This document shows positions 15,238-25,635 of a DNA stretch of 64,000 bases, one piece after another (the first letter of the stretch is position 1; each line of letters begins with the position of its first letter). The notes under the pieces are model-generated. The model did not search any database, was not told the DNA's origin, and worked only from the letters and a program-made list of their open reading frames with translations. A program made the position numbers and the translations under genes. Where the stretch lies: positions 12,998 to 76,997 of the IMG/VR virus record IMGVR_UViG_3300021376_000037; one strand, 5' to 3'. Origin of the DNA: a virus.

Positions 15238-16008
15238 ATGTCTAAACATATTTCTTATTCGTCTTTAAAGACTTGGAATGAGTGTCCGTTTAAGTATAAG
15301 CTTGTTTACGTAGATGGATTAGGAAAGTACACTGGCAGTGAATATACTGCTTTCGGCACTGCTTTGCATGAAGCGTGCGAAAAGAAACTGCTGAATAACA
15401 GCGAGGATGAAGTAAAGATCTTTACTGAATCTTTTGAAGATGAAATTAAGAAACTTACTTCTCAAAAAACTCCTGACGAAAAATTAATCACTGAAATGCG
15501 TGAACAGGGAAAAACGCTAGCTAAACTAGTTCTTCCTGCCGTCTTAAAGCAATTTGGTAATTTTACTGTGCTTGCTGCTGAAGAAGATATTTATCTAAAA
15601 ATTGCTGATTTTGCTGATTGGAACTTTAAAGGTTTTATTGATCTTATAATTAAAACTGAAGATGGTAAAATTCACATTCTTGATTGGAAAAGTTGTGCAT
15701 GGGGTTGGGATGCTAAGAAAAAAAGTGATGCAATTACTACTTATCAATTAACGTTATATAAGCATTTTTATTGCTTAAAGCACAACATAGAAACATCTAT
15801 GGTTGAAACACATTTTGCTCTGCTTAAACGAACTGCTAAGGAAGATAATGTAGAAATATTTCGCGTTACAAGTGGCGATAAAAAAACAGAAAATGCTCTT
15901 AATTTAATGAAAAAAGCATTGTATAGTATTGATAAAAGTTTTTTTCCAAAAAATCGCTTGAGTTGTAAAAATTGCGAGTTTAATAATACTAAGGAATGTC
16001 CTAAATGA
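15238..16008 (+). CDS. PD-(D/E)XK nuclease, Cas4/RecB-like with 1+3 Cys
   Basis: ISYSSL..W.ECP, GTALH, GFIDLI...ILDWK, QL.LY, C..C.F...C. Confidence 0.85.
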   Translation: MSKHISYSSLKTWNECPFKYKLVYVDGLGKYTGSEYTAFGTALHEACEKKLLNNSEDEVKIFTESFEDEIKKLTSQKTPDEKLITEMREQGKTLAKLVLPAVLKQFGNFTVLAAEEDIYLKIADFADWNFKGFIDLIIKTEDGKIHILDWKSCAWGWDAKKKSDAITTYQLTLYKHFYCLKHNIETSMVETHFALLKRTAKEDNVEIFRVTSGDKKTENALNLMKKALYSIDKSFFPKNRLSCKNCEFNNTKECPK

Positions 16009-16985
16009 AAACTGCTGTTGTAACTGGAATAACCGGACAGGATGGTAGTTATCTTGCGGAGTTGTTATTAGAAAAAAATTATAAAGTTATTGGTTTAGTT
16101 CGTAGAAGTTCTATGGAAGATAAAAAACTGTATAACATACAGCATATATTAAATAATCCTAATTTAACTTTAGAAAATGGTGATTTAACAGATGCCCCTT
16201 CGTTGTGGAGAATAATAGGAACTTATCAGCCTCATGAATTTTATAATCTCGCTGCACAAAGTCATGTTGGCGCGTCCTTCACATCACCTGAAAGTACATT
16301 TCAAATAAATGCTACGGGCGTTGTAAACTGTTTAGAGGCAATTAGAACGCTATGCCCTACTACTCGCTTTTATCAAGCGTCTACAAGTGAAATGTTTGGC
16401 GATAATGTGGCTGCTCCTCAAAACGAGCAATCGTTTTTATCTCCTGTCTCACCATATGCCTGCGCTAAAGTCGCTGCTCATAATATAGTTATTAACTACC
16501 GTAAGGCATATAACCTTTTTGCCTGCTCTGGTATTTTGTTCAATCACGAATCTCCTAGACGTGGTGAACAATTTGTTACTAGAAAGATTACTAAAGCCGC
16601 CGCCCGTATTAAACTTGGATTACAAAAGGAATTACGTCTTGGTAATCTTGATGCACAAAGAGATTGGGGTTACGCAAAAGAATATGTAGAAGGTATGTGG
16701 TTAATGATGCAGCACAGCATACCTGACGATTATGTTTTAGGTACTGGTAAAACTAGAACAATATTACATTTTATTAATTGCGTATCAGAAATTGCTGGTT
16801 ATAATTTAATGCAACATGTAATTGTTGATGATAAGTATAAGCGACCAAGCGAAGTTCCTTTACTATTAGCGGATGCATCAAAAGCTAAAAGAGTTTTAGG
16901 TTGGGAGCCAAAAACAAATCTAAAGCAATTAGCTGAATTGATGTATAATTCGGATTTAGAAAAGGAAAAAGAAAATGTCAAATAA
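16005..16985 (+). CDS. gmd: GDP-mannose 4,6-dehydratase
   Basis: TGITGQDGSYLAE, NLAAQSHV, FYQASTSE, SPYACAK, GILFNHESPRRG, RDWG. Confidence 0.97.
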   Translation: MKTAVVTGITGQDGSYLAELLLEKNYKVIGLVRRSSMEDKKLYNIQHILNNPNLTLENGDLTDAPSLWRIIGTYQPHEFYNLAAQSHVGASFTSPESTFQINATGVVNCLEAIRTLCPTTRFYQASTSEMFGDNVAAPQNEQSFLSPVSPYACAKVAAHNIVINYRKAYNLFACSGILFNHESPRRGEQFVTRKITKAAARIKLGLQKELRLGNLDAQRDWGYAKEYVEGMWLMMQHSIPDDYVLGTGKTRTILHFINCVSEIAGYNLMQHVIVDDKYKRPSEVPLLLADASKAKRVLGWEPKTNLKQLAELMYNSDLEKEKENVK

Positions 16986-18216
16986 GAAAATTAAAATCCT
17001 AACCATGAGTGATGATCCAAGATCTCCTAGTGGCGTTGGTACACAAACAAGCTATATATTGCACAGCTTAATGAAAACTGGTAAATATAAGATTATCTCT
17101 CTTGGCGGTGCTATTAAACATTCTGATTATCGACACGCTAAATTTGAAGAATATGGTGATGATTTTGTCATTATTCCTGTAGATGGGTATGGAATCCCAG
17201 ATCTTATTAGAGGTATATTAGCAAAAGAAAAACCAGATATTATCTGGATGATGACTGATCCAAGATTTTATACTTGGTTTTGGAATATGGAGCAAGAAGT
17301 CAGAGCTAATGTTCCTATAGTATACTATCATGTATGGGATAACTATCCGTACCCTAAATTTAATCGTCCATATTATTTATCAAACGATAAAATTGTTACG
17401 ATTTCAAAACTTACTAGCGATATTGTAAAAACTGTTGCTCCAGAAGTAGAAGAACAGTATGTCCCCCATGCAGTAAACCCTGATATATTCAAGATTTTAG
17501 ATGAAAAAGAATATGCACAGTTTAGGATGAAAAACAAAACGCTTTTCTTTTGGACTAACAGAAACGCTAGAAGAAAGCTAAGTGGAACACTTATTTACTG
17601 GTATAAAAAGTTCTTGGACGTTGTAGGACACGATAAGGCATTTTTATTGATGCATACGGACCCTAATGATCCAAACGGTCAACCATTACATGTATTAGCA
17701 GAAGAAAATGGCTTAACTAGAGATAATTTTGCTATTTCTGTTAATAAAATACATCCACAAGAAATGGCTAAGTTTTACAACGCTGCCGATTGCACTATAA
17801 ATATTAGCGATGCGGAAGGTTTTGGTCTTTCTTGTTTAGAAAGTTTGTCTTGCGGAACACCAGTAATTGGTAATAAAACTGGCGGTATTCAAGACCAGCT
17901 AACAGATGGAAAAGAACAATTTGGTGTATTAGTAGAACCTGCTAGCAGAATCATAGTAGGTAGCCAAGATGTACCTTGGATTTATGAAGATCGTGTAAGT
18001 GAACAAGGTATAGTAGATGCTATGGTCAAAATTCATAACATGACTAGAGAACAAAGAAAAGAACTGGGTTTGAAAGGTAAACAGCATGTAGAAAATTGTT
18101 TTAATTTTAACAATTTTTGTCAATCATGGGATAAAATCATGACTGATATTCATGACAAACATGGTTCTTGGGAAACTAGAAAAAATCATACATCTTGGAG
18201 CGTAAAGGAATACTAG
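16975..18216 (+). CDS. Glycosyltransferase, GT-B (GT4-like)
   Basis: NRNARRK and EGFGLSCLESLSCGTPVI (EX7E). Confidence 0.9.
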   Translation: MSNKKIKILTMSDDPRSPSGVGTQTSYILHSLMKTGKYKIISLGGAIKHSDYRHAKFEEYGDDFVIIPVDGYGIPDLIRGILAKEKPDIIWMMTDPRFYTWFWNMEQEVRANVPIVYYHVWDNYPYPKFNRPYYLSNDKIVTISKLTSDIVKTVAPEVEEQYVPHAVNPDIFKILDEKEYAQFRMKNKTLFFWTNRNARRKLSGTLIYWYKKFLDVVGHDKAFLLMHTDPNDPNGQPLHVLAEENGLTRDNFAISVNKIHPQEMAKFYNAADCTINISDAEGFGLSCLESLSCGTPVIGNKTGGIQDQLTDGKEQFGVLVEPASRIIVGSQDVPWIYEDRVSEQGIVDAMVKIHNMTREQRKELGLKGKQHVENCFNFNNFCQSWDKIMTDIHDKHGSWETRKNHTSWSVKEY

Positions 18217-18217
18217 A

Positions 18218-19435
18218 ATGAAAAAAATATTAATAAGTGGTCCTGTATTATCTAGAAGCGGTTATGGAGAAATGGCTAGATTTGCATTACGATCTTTAAA
18301 AGATAGACAAGATGTTGATCTTTATATTTTACCCACTAATTGGGGCAATACTGGGTGGCTTCATGAACTTAATGAAGAAAGAAAATACATAGATAATATT
18401 GTTTCTAAAACTCAAGTTTTATTGCAGCAAACAAATAATCAACCTCAATTTGACGTTTCTATTCAAGTAACTATCCCTAATGAATGGAAGAAACTAGCTG
18501 CCGTTAATATTGGATACACCGCTGGAATAGAAACTAATTTAATATCTCCTGCTTGGTTGCAGAATTCACAATTAATGGATAAAATCATCGTTATTAGTGA
18601 ACACGCTAAGTCTGGTTTTGTAAATACCATTTTTGGTAATCCTCAAGGACAACAATTCAAAGTATCAACGCCTGTCGAAGTTGTACATTTACCATTCAGA
18701 GATTTACAAAAGGTAGATTTAGATTTAAAACTAAAGTATGATTTTAACTTTTTAGCTGTTTGCCAATGGGGTCCAAGAAAGAATTTAGAACAAACAATTG
18801 TTGGATTTTTAGAAGAATTTAAAAATGAAGAAGTTGGTTTGGTGTTAAAAACAAATACAGCTAATGACTCTATAATCGACAAGTTTCATACAGATAAACG
18901 TTTAAGTGCCATATTAGCTAACTATAAAGATCGTAAATGTTCTATAACCTTGCTGCATGGTCATTTAAGCGATGAACAAATGGCATCATTGTATACCCAT
19001 CCAAAAATTAAAGCAATCGTTTCTACAACTCATGGAGAAGGTTTTGGCTTACCATTGTTAGAAGCAGCCGCAAACGCTTTGCCGGTTATTGCAACTGATT
19101 GGAGTGGTCATACAGATTTTTTATATGTTAATGATAATGATTCTAAAAAGCGTATGTTTGGTAAAGTGGATTACGAATTAAAACCAATTAGCAAAGAACA
19201 TGTGTGGAAAGGTGTTTTAGAAGAAGGAACAAGCTGGGCTTATCCTATAATGTCTAGTTATAAAAATAAATTAAGAGATTGTTTTAAAGACTACGGTAGA
19301 TACAAGTCTCAAGCTAAAAAACTTGCTCCTTGGATTAAACAAACATTTGAACAAGTAAAATTACATGAAAAGTTCTCTTCTTCTGTTTTTCAACTATCTG
19401 GAATAGTACAACAACAGTTAATATCCTTAGAATAA
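18218..19435 (+). CDS. Glycosyltransferase, GT-B (GT4-like)
   Basis: SGYG, RKN, GEGFGLPLLEAA...PVIAT.WSG. Confidence 0.9.
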   Translation: MKKILISGPVLSRSGYGEMARFALRSLKDRQDVDLYILPTNWGNTGWLHELNEERKYIDNIVSKTQVLLQQTNNQPQFDVSIQVTIPNEWKKLAAVNIGYTAGIETNLISPAWLQNSQLMDKIIVISEHAKSGFVNTIFGNPQGQQFKVSTPVEVVHLPFRDLQKVDLDLKLKYDFNFLAVCQWGPRKNLEQTIVGFLEEFKNEEVGLVLKTNTANDSIIDKFHTDKRLSAILANYKDRKCSITLLHGHLSDEQMASLYTHPKIKAIVSTTHGEGFGLPLLEAAANALPVIATDWSGHTDFLYVNDNDSKKRMFGKVDYELKPISKEHVWKGVLEEGTSWAYPIMSSYKNKLRDCFKDYGRYKSQAKKLAPWIKQTFEQVKLHEKFSSSVFQLSGIVQQQLISLE

Positions 19436-19436
19436 T

Positions 19437-20492
19437 ATGAAAAAAATATGCTTTGTGGTTCCAAGATATCATCCTATAGTTGGTGGAACAGAAAAATTAT
19501 GTGAAGAAGTTTTATCTTCTTTAGCAGACGATTATAATGTTTCTGTTATAACAACACCAAGCTTGCAAAGAGATAAAACTTTATATAAATATAAAATTTT
19601 CGATTGTTCTTTTGAGCAGTTTCCTTTAATGAAAGAGCATTTTGAAATTTTTAATTATGATTTAGTGCTATTTTTTGCCGATTTGCATACTCCTTATTTA
19701 TCTCTATACGACACAACATGGGGTAAAAAAAATGTCTGTGTTTTAAATTTAGATGAAAGAACTTATAGCTGGAAAGATAACTTTCGTAATGCTACTGAAA
19801 ATTTAAAAAAATTTGACATGGTGGTTACTTTTACAAAAAATGGAATAGCAAATAAATATTTACAAGAAAATAATATAAAAAATGTATATATTCCAAATTT
19901 TTCTAGAGATGTATTAGAAACAGTATTAGAACAAGATTTTATTTCTAAAGTAGGATTAGAAAAAAATAAAAAAACAATTCTTTATAATGCCGCTTATGAA
20001 GAAAGAAAAAATCAATTAAAAATTATTGAATATATAAAATCTTCTAAAAATTTACAACAATACAACTGGTTATTTATTGGCTCGGTTGCAAATGAAGAAT
20101 ATCTAAGAAAGTGCATATTATTTTCTTCTGATATAAAAAATATTAAATTTATAAAGGCAACTGCGAATACCAAAATTGTAGATCAAATTTATCAACAATG
20201 TGATTGCTTATTGTTAGCCTCAATAGCCGAAGGAATGCCATTAGTATTATTAGAAGCAATGTCAGCTAATAAACCAATTATTAGCACGCCTGTAGGTGGT
20301 ATTGAAGGAGTATTAAAAAACGAATGCGATATACAGATATTACCAAATATTGAGTTTTCGGTTTCTGATTTAGAAAATTGTATTTTAAAACAATTAAATA
20401 ACAAATTTAATTTTAGAGAAGTTTGGAGTAGAATGTTTAACAAAAAAGATATTTGTAATAAATATAAGGAATTATTTAAGGATCTAATATGA
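19437..20492 (+). CDS. Glycosyltransferase, GT-B (GT4-like)
   Basis: YHP.VGGTE, RKNQ, EGMPLVLLEAM...PII.T.VGG. Confidence 0.9.
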   Translation: MKKICFVVPRYHPIVGGTEKLCEEVLSSLADDYNVSVITTPSLQRDKTLYKYKIFDCSFEQFPLMKEHFEIFNYDLVLFFADLHTPYLSLYDTTWGKKNVCVLNLDERTYSWKDNFRNATENLKKFDMVVTFTKNGIANKYLQENNIKNVYIPNFSRDVLETVLEQDFISKVGLEKNKKTILYNAAYEERKNQLKIIEYIKSSKNLQQYNWLFIGSVANEEYLRKCILFSSDIKNIKFIKATANTKIVDQIYQQCDCLLLASIAEGMPLVLLEAMSANKPIISTPVGGIEGVLKNECDIQILPNIEFSVSDLENCILKQLNNKFNFREVWSRMFNKKDICNKYKELFKDLI

Positions 20493-21433
20493 AATTAGCT
20501 TTTATATGCGCGGGAGATATACAGGTGCCACCCCCAGCATGGGGAGCTGTAGAAATATTAGTTTGGGAGTATTATAATAACCTATTAGATCTTGGCATTC
20601 ATCCTCATATATATAATTCTAAAAATTTATCTTGGGTTAAAAGTGAAATTGAAAAAAACAATTTTGACTTAGTACATTTACAACATGAAGATTTATTGCC
20701 TTACTTGCATGACGTAAAGACAAAAAAATTAGCTGTCACTTCTCATTGTGGTTGGGCAGAAAACTACGAACATTACTATCCTTATTATTGGAAAACTTTT
20801 AAACATATATTAAATGGTAATCATTATATTTTTGCTTTATCGGAACAAATAAAAAATAATTACCTTAATTTTGGCTTTGATAGTAACAAGGCATTTATAA
20901 CTAAAAATGGTGTTAATACACAAAATTACAGAGTAACTAATACTCCTAAATATCATGATAGAAGCCTATATTTAGGTAAAATAGAGTTTAGAAAAAGACA
21001 ATATTTAGTTTCTGATAAAAACCTAAATATAGATTTTGCTGGCTTTGGCGATACTTTAAATCTTTCTTCAACAAATAAATTGCTAGGACAATGGACTAAA
21101 GATAAGGTATACAATGAAACAACAGAATATGCTAATCTTATTCTCTTGTCTATTTCTGAAGCTCATGCACTAGTTTGTATGGAGGCTTTAGCTAGCGGAT
21201 TAGGTTTAGTAATATCAGAAAAAAGTACAGCTAATTTAGATTTAACTAAAAAATTTATTACTGTAATTCCCGAAGAAAAAATAAATGATTTACAGTACTT
21301 AAAAGAAAAAATAGAATCTAATAGAGAATATTCAATTAATAATCGTAAAGAAATAGTTGAGTATGCTAAATCTTTTGATTGGAAAATAGTAACGAAAGAG
21401 TATTTAGAAACTGTTCAAAAGGTAATAAATTAA
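20489..21433 (+). CDS. Glycosyltransferase, GT-B
   Basis: VPP.AWGAVE, NGV, GKI..RK.Q, EAHALVCMEALASGL. Confidence 0.85.
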   Translation: MKLAFICAGDIQVPPPAWGAVEILVWEYYNNLLDLGIHPHIYNSKNLSWVKSEIEKNNFDLVHLQHEDLLPYLHDVKTKKLAVTSHCGWAENYEHYYPYYWKTFKHILNGNHYIFALSEQIKNNYLNFGFDSNKAFITKNGVNTQNYRVTNTPKYHDRSLYLGKIEFRKRQYLVSDKNLNIDFAGFGDTLNLSSTNKLLGQWTKDKVYNETTEYANLILLSISEAHALVCMEALASGLGLVISEKSTANLDLTKKFITVIPEEKINDLQYLKEKIESNREYSINNRKEIVEYAKSFDWKIVTKEYLETVQKVIN

Positions 21434-22116
21434 TGAAAATACAAGCTATTATGATGATGAAGAATGATATCAATAGAGCTGATTTTGTTCTTCATAATTT
21501 TTTTAAATGGAATCCTGATATTCCTGTTTTAGTATATAATTGCGGCGGTAAATCTCCTAAACAAGTAATAGATAAATATTCTAACGCAAAGTTAATCGAT
21601 TATGACGATATTTGGCATAAAGGAACACATGATGGAGCCGGTTCTTTTGATCCAAGATGGTTCAAGCTTATGTTTGAATATGGTTTAAATGATGATTTTA
21701 CACACACTTTGTTTTTAGAAACAGATGTATTAACTACTAAAAAGATTTGTATTGAACCAAAATATGATATGTCTGGAATTTTAAATTTTTGTGGTTCAAA
21801 AGAAAATATTTTGTATAAATATTTTAATATTTCTTACGGACCACATTCCAGTTGCGGTTCTACTATCTTTAAAACCGATTTTTTTAAAAAAAGTTTTTCT
21901 AATCTTTATTTGATCGATAAAGCTTTTAAAGAAAAGCAGCAAAATTTTTACGCTGATTTATTAATGACTATTCTAGGAAGAATATCTGGTTGTTCTTATG
22001 GATATTGGGAAGAATGTTCTGATTTAAGAGGTTACCATGTACCAATAGACGGAAAATTAGTTTTTGTACCTTCATCAGATTATTCTACTACTTTTGTTCA
22101 TTCACTAAAGGTATAA
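21433..22116 (+). CDS. Putative GT-A-fold glycosyltransferase
   Basis: Lies within the glycan cluster; LFLETDV resembles a DxD motif; C-terminal HxxK. Confidence 0.45.
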   Translation: MKIQAIMMMKNDINRADFVLHNFFKWNPDIPVLVYNCGGKSPKQVIDKYSNAKLIDYDDIWHKGTHDGAGSFDPRWFKLMFEYGLNDDFTHTLFLETDVLTTKKICIEPKYDMSGILNFCGSKENILYKYFNISYGPHSSCGSTIFKTDFFKKSFSNLYLIDKAFKEKQQNFYADLLMTILGRISGCSYGYWEECSDLRGYHVPIDGKLVFVPSSDYSTTFVHSLKV

Positions 22117-22118
22117 AT

Positions 22119-22919
22119 ATGTACGGATTAATTAACATTGTCAAGGAAGGAAAAAATCTGAAAGTTAAAAACTATGGCGGTTATGAATCAAGAAATCAAA
22201 GCTCTATAAAGTTAGCTTCTCAAATGTTAAAATCGCTTGATAAAGACATAGAATTCAATATTTACACTGAAGATAGGCCAATAAAAAATATAAATAATAT
22301 TAAAACTTTTTCTTATTCTACCATAGATGATGATTATTCTTGTACATGTCCTGATTTTATTTTTGAAAATTGGAGAGAAGTTGGTATAAATAATTATAAT
22401 GAAACCTGTGATTTAAATTATAAAAGTGGTTTAGAATCTTATCAAACTTGTAAAATTGGCTGGATAGGAAGTTTTACTAACAATCTTAGAAAAGAATTTT
22501 ATAATTTTTCTTTAAATAATAACGATATTTTAGATGTTAGAATTACTAATTTTAGCAAAAATGTAGATGGTTCTGTTACATCTAATAATTTTCTAACTAT
22601 GCAGCAACAAATAAAATTATGGAAATATCTTATTGACATAGAAGGAAATGGTTATTCAGGTAGAATGAAGTTATTGATGCATTCCGGTAGGCCACTGTTT
22701 TTGGTTGAAAGGCCATATAAAGAATATTTTTATCAATTTTTAATTCCTTGGAAACATTATATTCCTGTTAAAAGAGATTTTAGTGATTTAAAGAGTAATT
22801 TAAATATTTTAGAAAAAGATACTTCTTTGTATGATATTATTAGTAAAGAAAGTATAAATTTTGCTAAAAAATATCTTTCTAAAGAATATGCTTTAGAATA
22901 TTGGAAAAATAATTTATAG
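22119..22919 (+). CDS. GT90 (CAP10/POGLUT/KDELC-like) glycosyltransferase
   Basis: PDF.F..W, W.G, KYLIDIEGNGYSGR.K.L..SG, EYFY..L.PW.HY.PV..D.SDL. Confidence 0.88.
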   Translation: MYGLINIVKEGKNLKVKNYGGYESRNQSSIKLASQMLKSLDKDIEFNIYTEDRPIKNINNIKTFSYSTIDDDYSCTCPDFIFENWREVGINNYNETCDLNYKSGLESYQTCKIGWIGSFTNNLRKEFYNFSLNNNDILDVRITNFSKNVDGSVTSNNFLTMQQQIKLWKYLIDIEGNGYSGRMKLLMHSGRPLFLVERPYKEYFYQFLIPWKHYIPVKRDFSDLKSNLNILEKDTSLYDIISKESINFAKKYLSKEYALEYWKNNL

Positions 22920-22930
22920 GATTATAATAT

Positions 22931-23521
22931 ATGGATAAAAATAAATTTTTAGAAATTTTAAAAAATTTACAAGCTTTTAAATCGCAAGAAGAAATAATGC
23001 TTCATTACTTGCATAATAGCCCTCCACATGATTTAAATTTAGAATTTGGCGTTTTTGAAGGAAAAACTATTAATTTATGTTCAAGTATGTACAAAGATAG
23101 ACAATTTTATGGATTTGATACTTTTGAAGGATTACCGGAAGATTGGAGAGATGGCTTTCCTAAAGGTTTTTTTAACTTAAATGGTAACTTACCAAAAATT
23201 AATCAAAATGTAACCTTAATAAAAGGACTATTTTCAAATACTTTACAAGATTTTATTAATTTAAATAACAAGAAAATATCTTTTTTACATATTGATTGTG
23301 ATTTATATTCTTCTACCAAGTATGTTTTAGAAACTTTAAAAAATAGTCTTCAAATAGGAACAATTATTTTATTTGATGAATTTTATAATTATCATGGTTG
23401 GGAAAATGGAGAATTTAAAGCTTGGAATGAATTTGTAGACAAAAACAGTAACATTCAATATGAATTTATAGGCTACAATATGTTTCATGAACAAGTAGGA
23501 GTAAAGATTACAAATGTATGA
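22931..23521 (+). CDS. TylF/MycF-like SAM-dependent O-methyltransferase
   Basis: LEFGV.EG, GFDTFEGLPE, LIKGLF..TL, HIDCDLYSS, ILFDEF. Confidence 0.88.
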   Translation: MDKNKFLEILKNLQAFKSQEEIMLHYLHNSPPHDLNLEFGVFEGKTINLCSSMYKDRQFYGFDTFEGLPEDWRDGFPKGFFNLNGNLPKINQNVTLIKGLFSNTLQDFINLNNKKISFLHIDCDLYSSTKYVLETLKNSLQIGTIILFDEFYNYHGWENGEFKAWNEFVDKNSNIQYEFIGYNMFHEQVGVKITNV

Positions 23522-24602
23522 TTATATAATTGTAGGATCTGGTTTATTTGGCTCTATATTTGCTCATGAGACAAAAAAAAGAAATAAAAAAGTTCTTGTT
23601 TTAGAAAAAAGAAGTCATATTGGCGGCAATTGTTATACGGAAAAAATTGAAGATATAAATGTTCATAAATATGGACCTCATATATTTCATACTAATGATG
23701 AAGATATCTGGAAATACATAAATCAATTTGCTCAATTTAATAATTATGTTAATAGACCTAAAGTAAATTTTAGTAATAATATTTACTCTTTTCCTATTAA
23801 TTTATTTACTTTATATCAATTATGGGGAGTCCGAACTCCTTCTGAAGCGCAAAATAAACTACAATCTGTTAGAATAAAAAATGACAATCCTCAAAATTTA
23901 GAAGAATGGATTCTGTCTCAAGTAGGTCAAGAGATATATGAAAAATTTATAAAAGGATATACAATAAAACAATGGGGTAGAACTCCTGATAAATTACCAG
24001 CTTCTATTATTAAAAGATTGCCTATTAGATTAACATTTGATGATAATTATTTTTTTGATAAATATCAAGGTATTCCTATTGGTGGCTATACTCAAATTTT
24101 TGATAAATTATTAAATGGCGTAGAGGTAAAACTACAAACTGATTTTTTTGAAAACAAAACATATTGGGAATCAATAAGCAAGTACATAGTTTATACCGGT
24201 AAAATTGATGAACTATATGATTACCAGTTTGGTAAATTAGAATATCGAAGTTTACGCTTTGAGAATGAAATTCATGATGGCGACTATCAAGGAAACGCTA
24301 TTATGAATTATACAAACGCAGAAATACCTTATACTAGAATTACTGAACATAAACATTTTGAATTCGGTAAACAAGAAAAATCTTTTATTACAAAAGAATA
24401 TCCGGATAATTATGATGATGGCAAAGTACCCTATTATCCAATAGGTGATGAAAAAAATAACGAAATATATAAAAAATATAGAAGTTTAAATCATAATGAA
24501 AAATATATATTTGGCGGAAGATTGGCAGAGTATAAATATTATGATATGCATCAAATAATTGGATCTGCCTTATCAAAAGTTAAAAAACATTTTGGAGAAT
24601 AG
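23514..24602 (+). CDS. glf: UDP-galactopyranose mutase
   Basis: IVGSGLFG, HIGGNCY, HKYGPHIFHT, YQGIP, LEYRSL, PYYP, GRLAEYKYYDM. Confidence 0.97.
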   Translation: MYDYIIVGSGLFGSIFAHETKKRNKKVLVLEKRSHIGGNCYTEKIEDINVHKYGPHIFHTNDEDIWKYINQFAQFNNYVNRPKVNFSNNIYSFPINLFTLYQLWGVRTPSEAQNKLQSVRIKNDNPQNLEEWILSQVGQEIYEKFIKGYTIKQWGRTPDKLPASIIKRLPIRLTFDDNYFFDKYQGIPIGGYTQIFDKLLNGVEVKLQTDFFENKTYWESISKYIVYTGKIDELYDYQFGKLEYRSLRFENEIHDGDYQGNAIMNYTNAEIPYTRITEHKHFEFGKQEKSFITKEYPDNYDDGKVPYYPIGDEKNNEIYKKYRSLNHNEKYIFGGRLAEYKYYDMHQIIGSALSKVKKHFGE

Positions 24603-24603
24603 T

Positions 24604-25455
24604 ATGAAAGTATTAGTTACTGGTCATAAAGGTTATATTGGTTCTAAAATATATGAAAGATGTTTATCATCAGGATGGGAAACAAGAGGAATAGATTTAA
24701 AAGAAAAACGAGATGTGGTAGAAATATCTGAATATAAAGAATATATTGATTTCAAGCCAGAAATTATTTTTCATCTTGCAGCTAATCCGCGAGTGCAAAT
24801 GAGTGTTGATAATCCTTTAGAAACCGCTTATCACAACACGCTTGGTACAACATCTATTTTAAATTATGCTAAAAAATGTGGTACTAGAAGAGTTGTATTT
24901 TCTAGTTCTTCTGCCATATATGGTAACGGAAATGGCCCAGTTAATCCTTATGGCCTACAAAAGCTTCAAGGAGAATTAGAATGTCAGTTATATTCGCGCA
25001 TATTTAATGTTGATACTGTATGTTTAAGATATTTTAACGTGTATTCAGAAGATCAAAAATCAACTGATGTTTATCCAACTGTTATAGCTGCTTGGATGGA
25101 AAAGCTTAGAGCTGATAAGGAATTGTTAGTATATGGCGACGGAAGCCATAAAAGAGATTATATACATGTTAATGATATAGTGGATTGTAATATATTTATT
25201 TCTAAACAAGATTGTAAATTTAATGGTGCCGTATATGATGTGGGAACAGGAAAAAACTATGATTTAAATTATATTAAATCTTATATTTTAACCATAAAAT
25301 CAAATGCGATATTTAATCATCTACCCGCCCGCCCAACTGATCCATTATCCACCTTATCCGATACATATAATTTAAATAATTTAGGATGGTCTGCTAAAAT
25401 AAGCTTTTTAGATGGGTTAAAAAAATGTTTTAATGAACAAAATTTAAAAGGATAA
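24604..25455 (+). CDS. NAD-dependent nucleotide-sugar epimerase/dehydratase/reductase (extended SDR)
   Basis: VTGHKGYIGS, HLAA, SSSAIYG, YGLQK, RYFNVY, RDYIHV.D. Confidence 0.9.
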   Translation: MKVLVTGHKGYIGSKIYERCLSSGWETRGIDLKEKRDVVEISEYKEYIDFKPEIIFHLAANPRVQMSVDNPLETAYHNTLGTTSILNYAKKCGTRRVVFSSSSAIYGNGNGPVNPYGLQKLQGELECQLYSRIFNVDTVCLRYFNVYSEDQKSTDVYPTVIAAWMEKLRADKELLVYGDGSHKRDYIHVNDIVDCNIFISKQDCKFNGAVYDVGTGKNYDLNYIKSYILTIKSNAIFNHLPARPTDPLSTLSDTYNLNNLGWSAKISFLDGLKKCFNEQNLKG

Positions 25456-25458
25456 CAT

Positions 25459-25635
25459 ATGAAACTTTCAGATCAAGCTTTAACATGTGTAATGGTAGCA
25501 CTTCAAAAGAGTATCATGGAGCAAACAGATATTGTTCCTGTATTAAAAGGCTTTCAACTAGTACAGGAAGGGGAAGAGTTGTTAGTAACTAATCCTCCTA
25601 CTACCATGACTGCCAATCTTGTAGAGGGAAAGTAA
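25459..25635 (+). CDS. Hypothetical 58-aa protein (not in the ORF track)
   Basis: SD AAGGA; MKLSDQALTCVMVALQKS...EGK*; TAATG-coupled to the next gene. Confidence 0.7.
   Translation: MKLSDQALTCVMVALQKSIMEQTDIVPVLKGFQLVQEGEELLVTNPPTTMTANLVEGK

Noticed and set aside
15238-16008. CRISPR-Cas locus
   Set aside because: Solo Cas4-like nuclease; no cas1/cas2 and no repeat-spacer array seen in the window.
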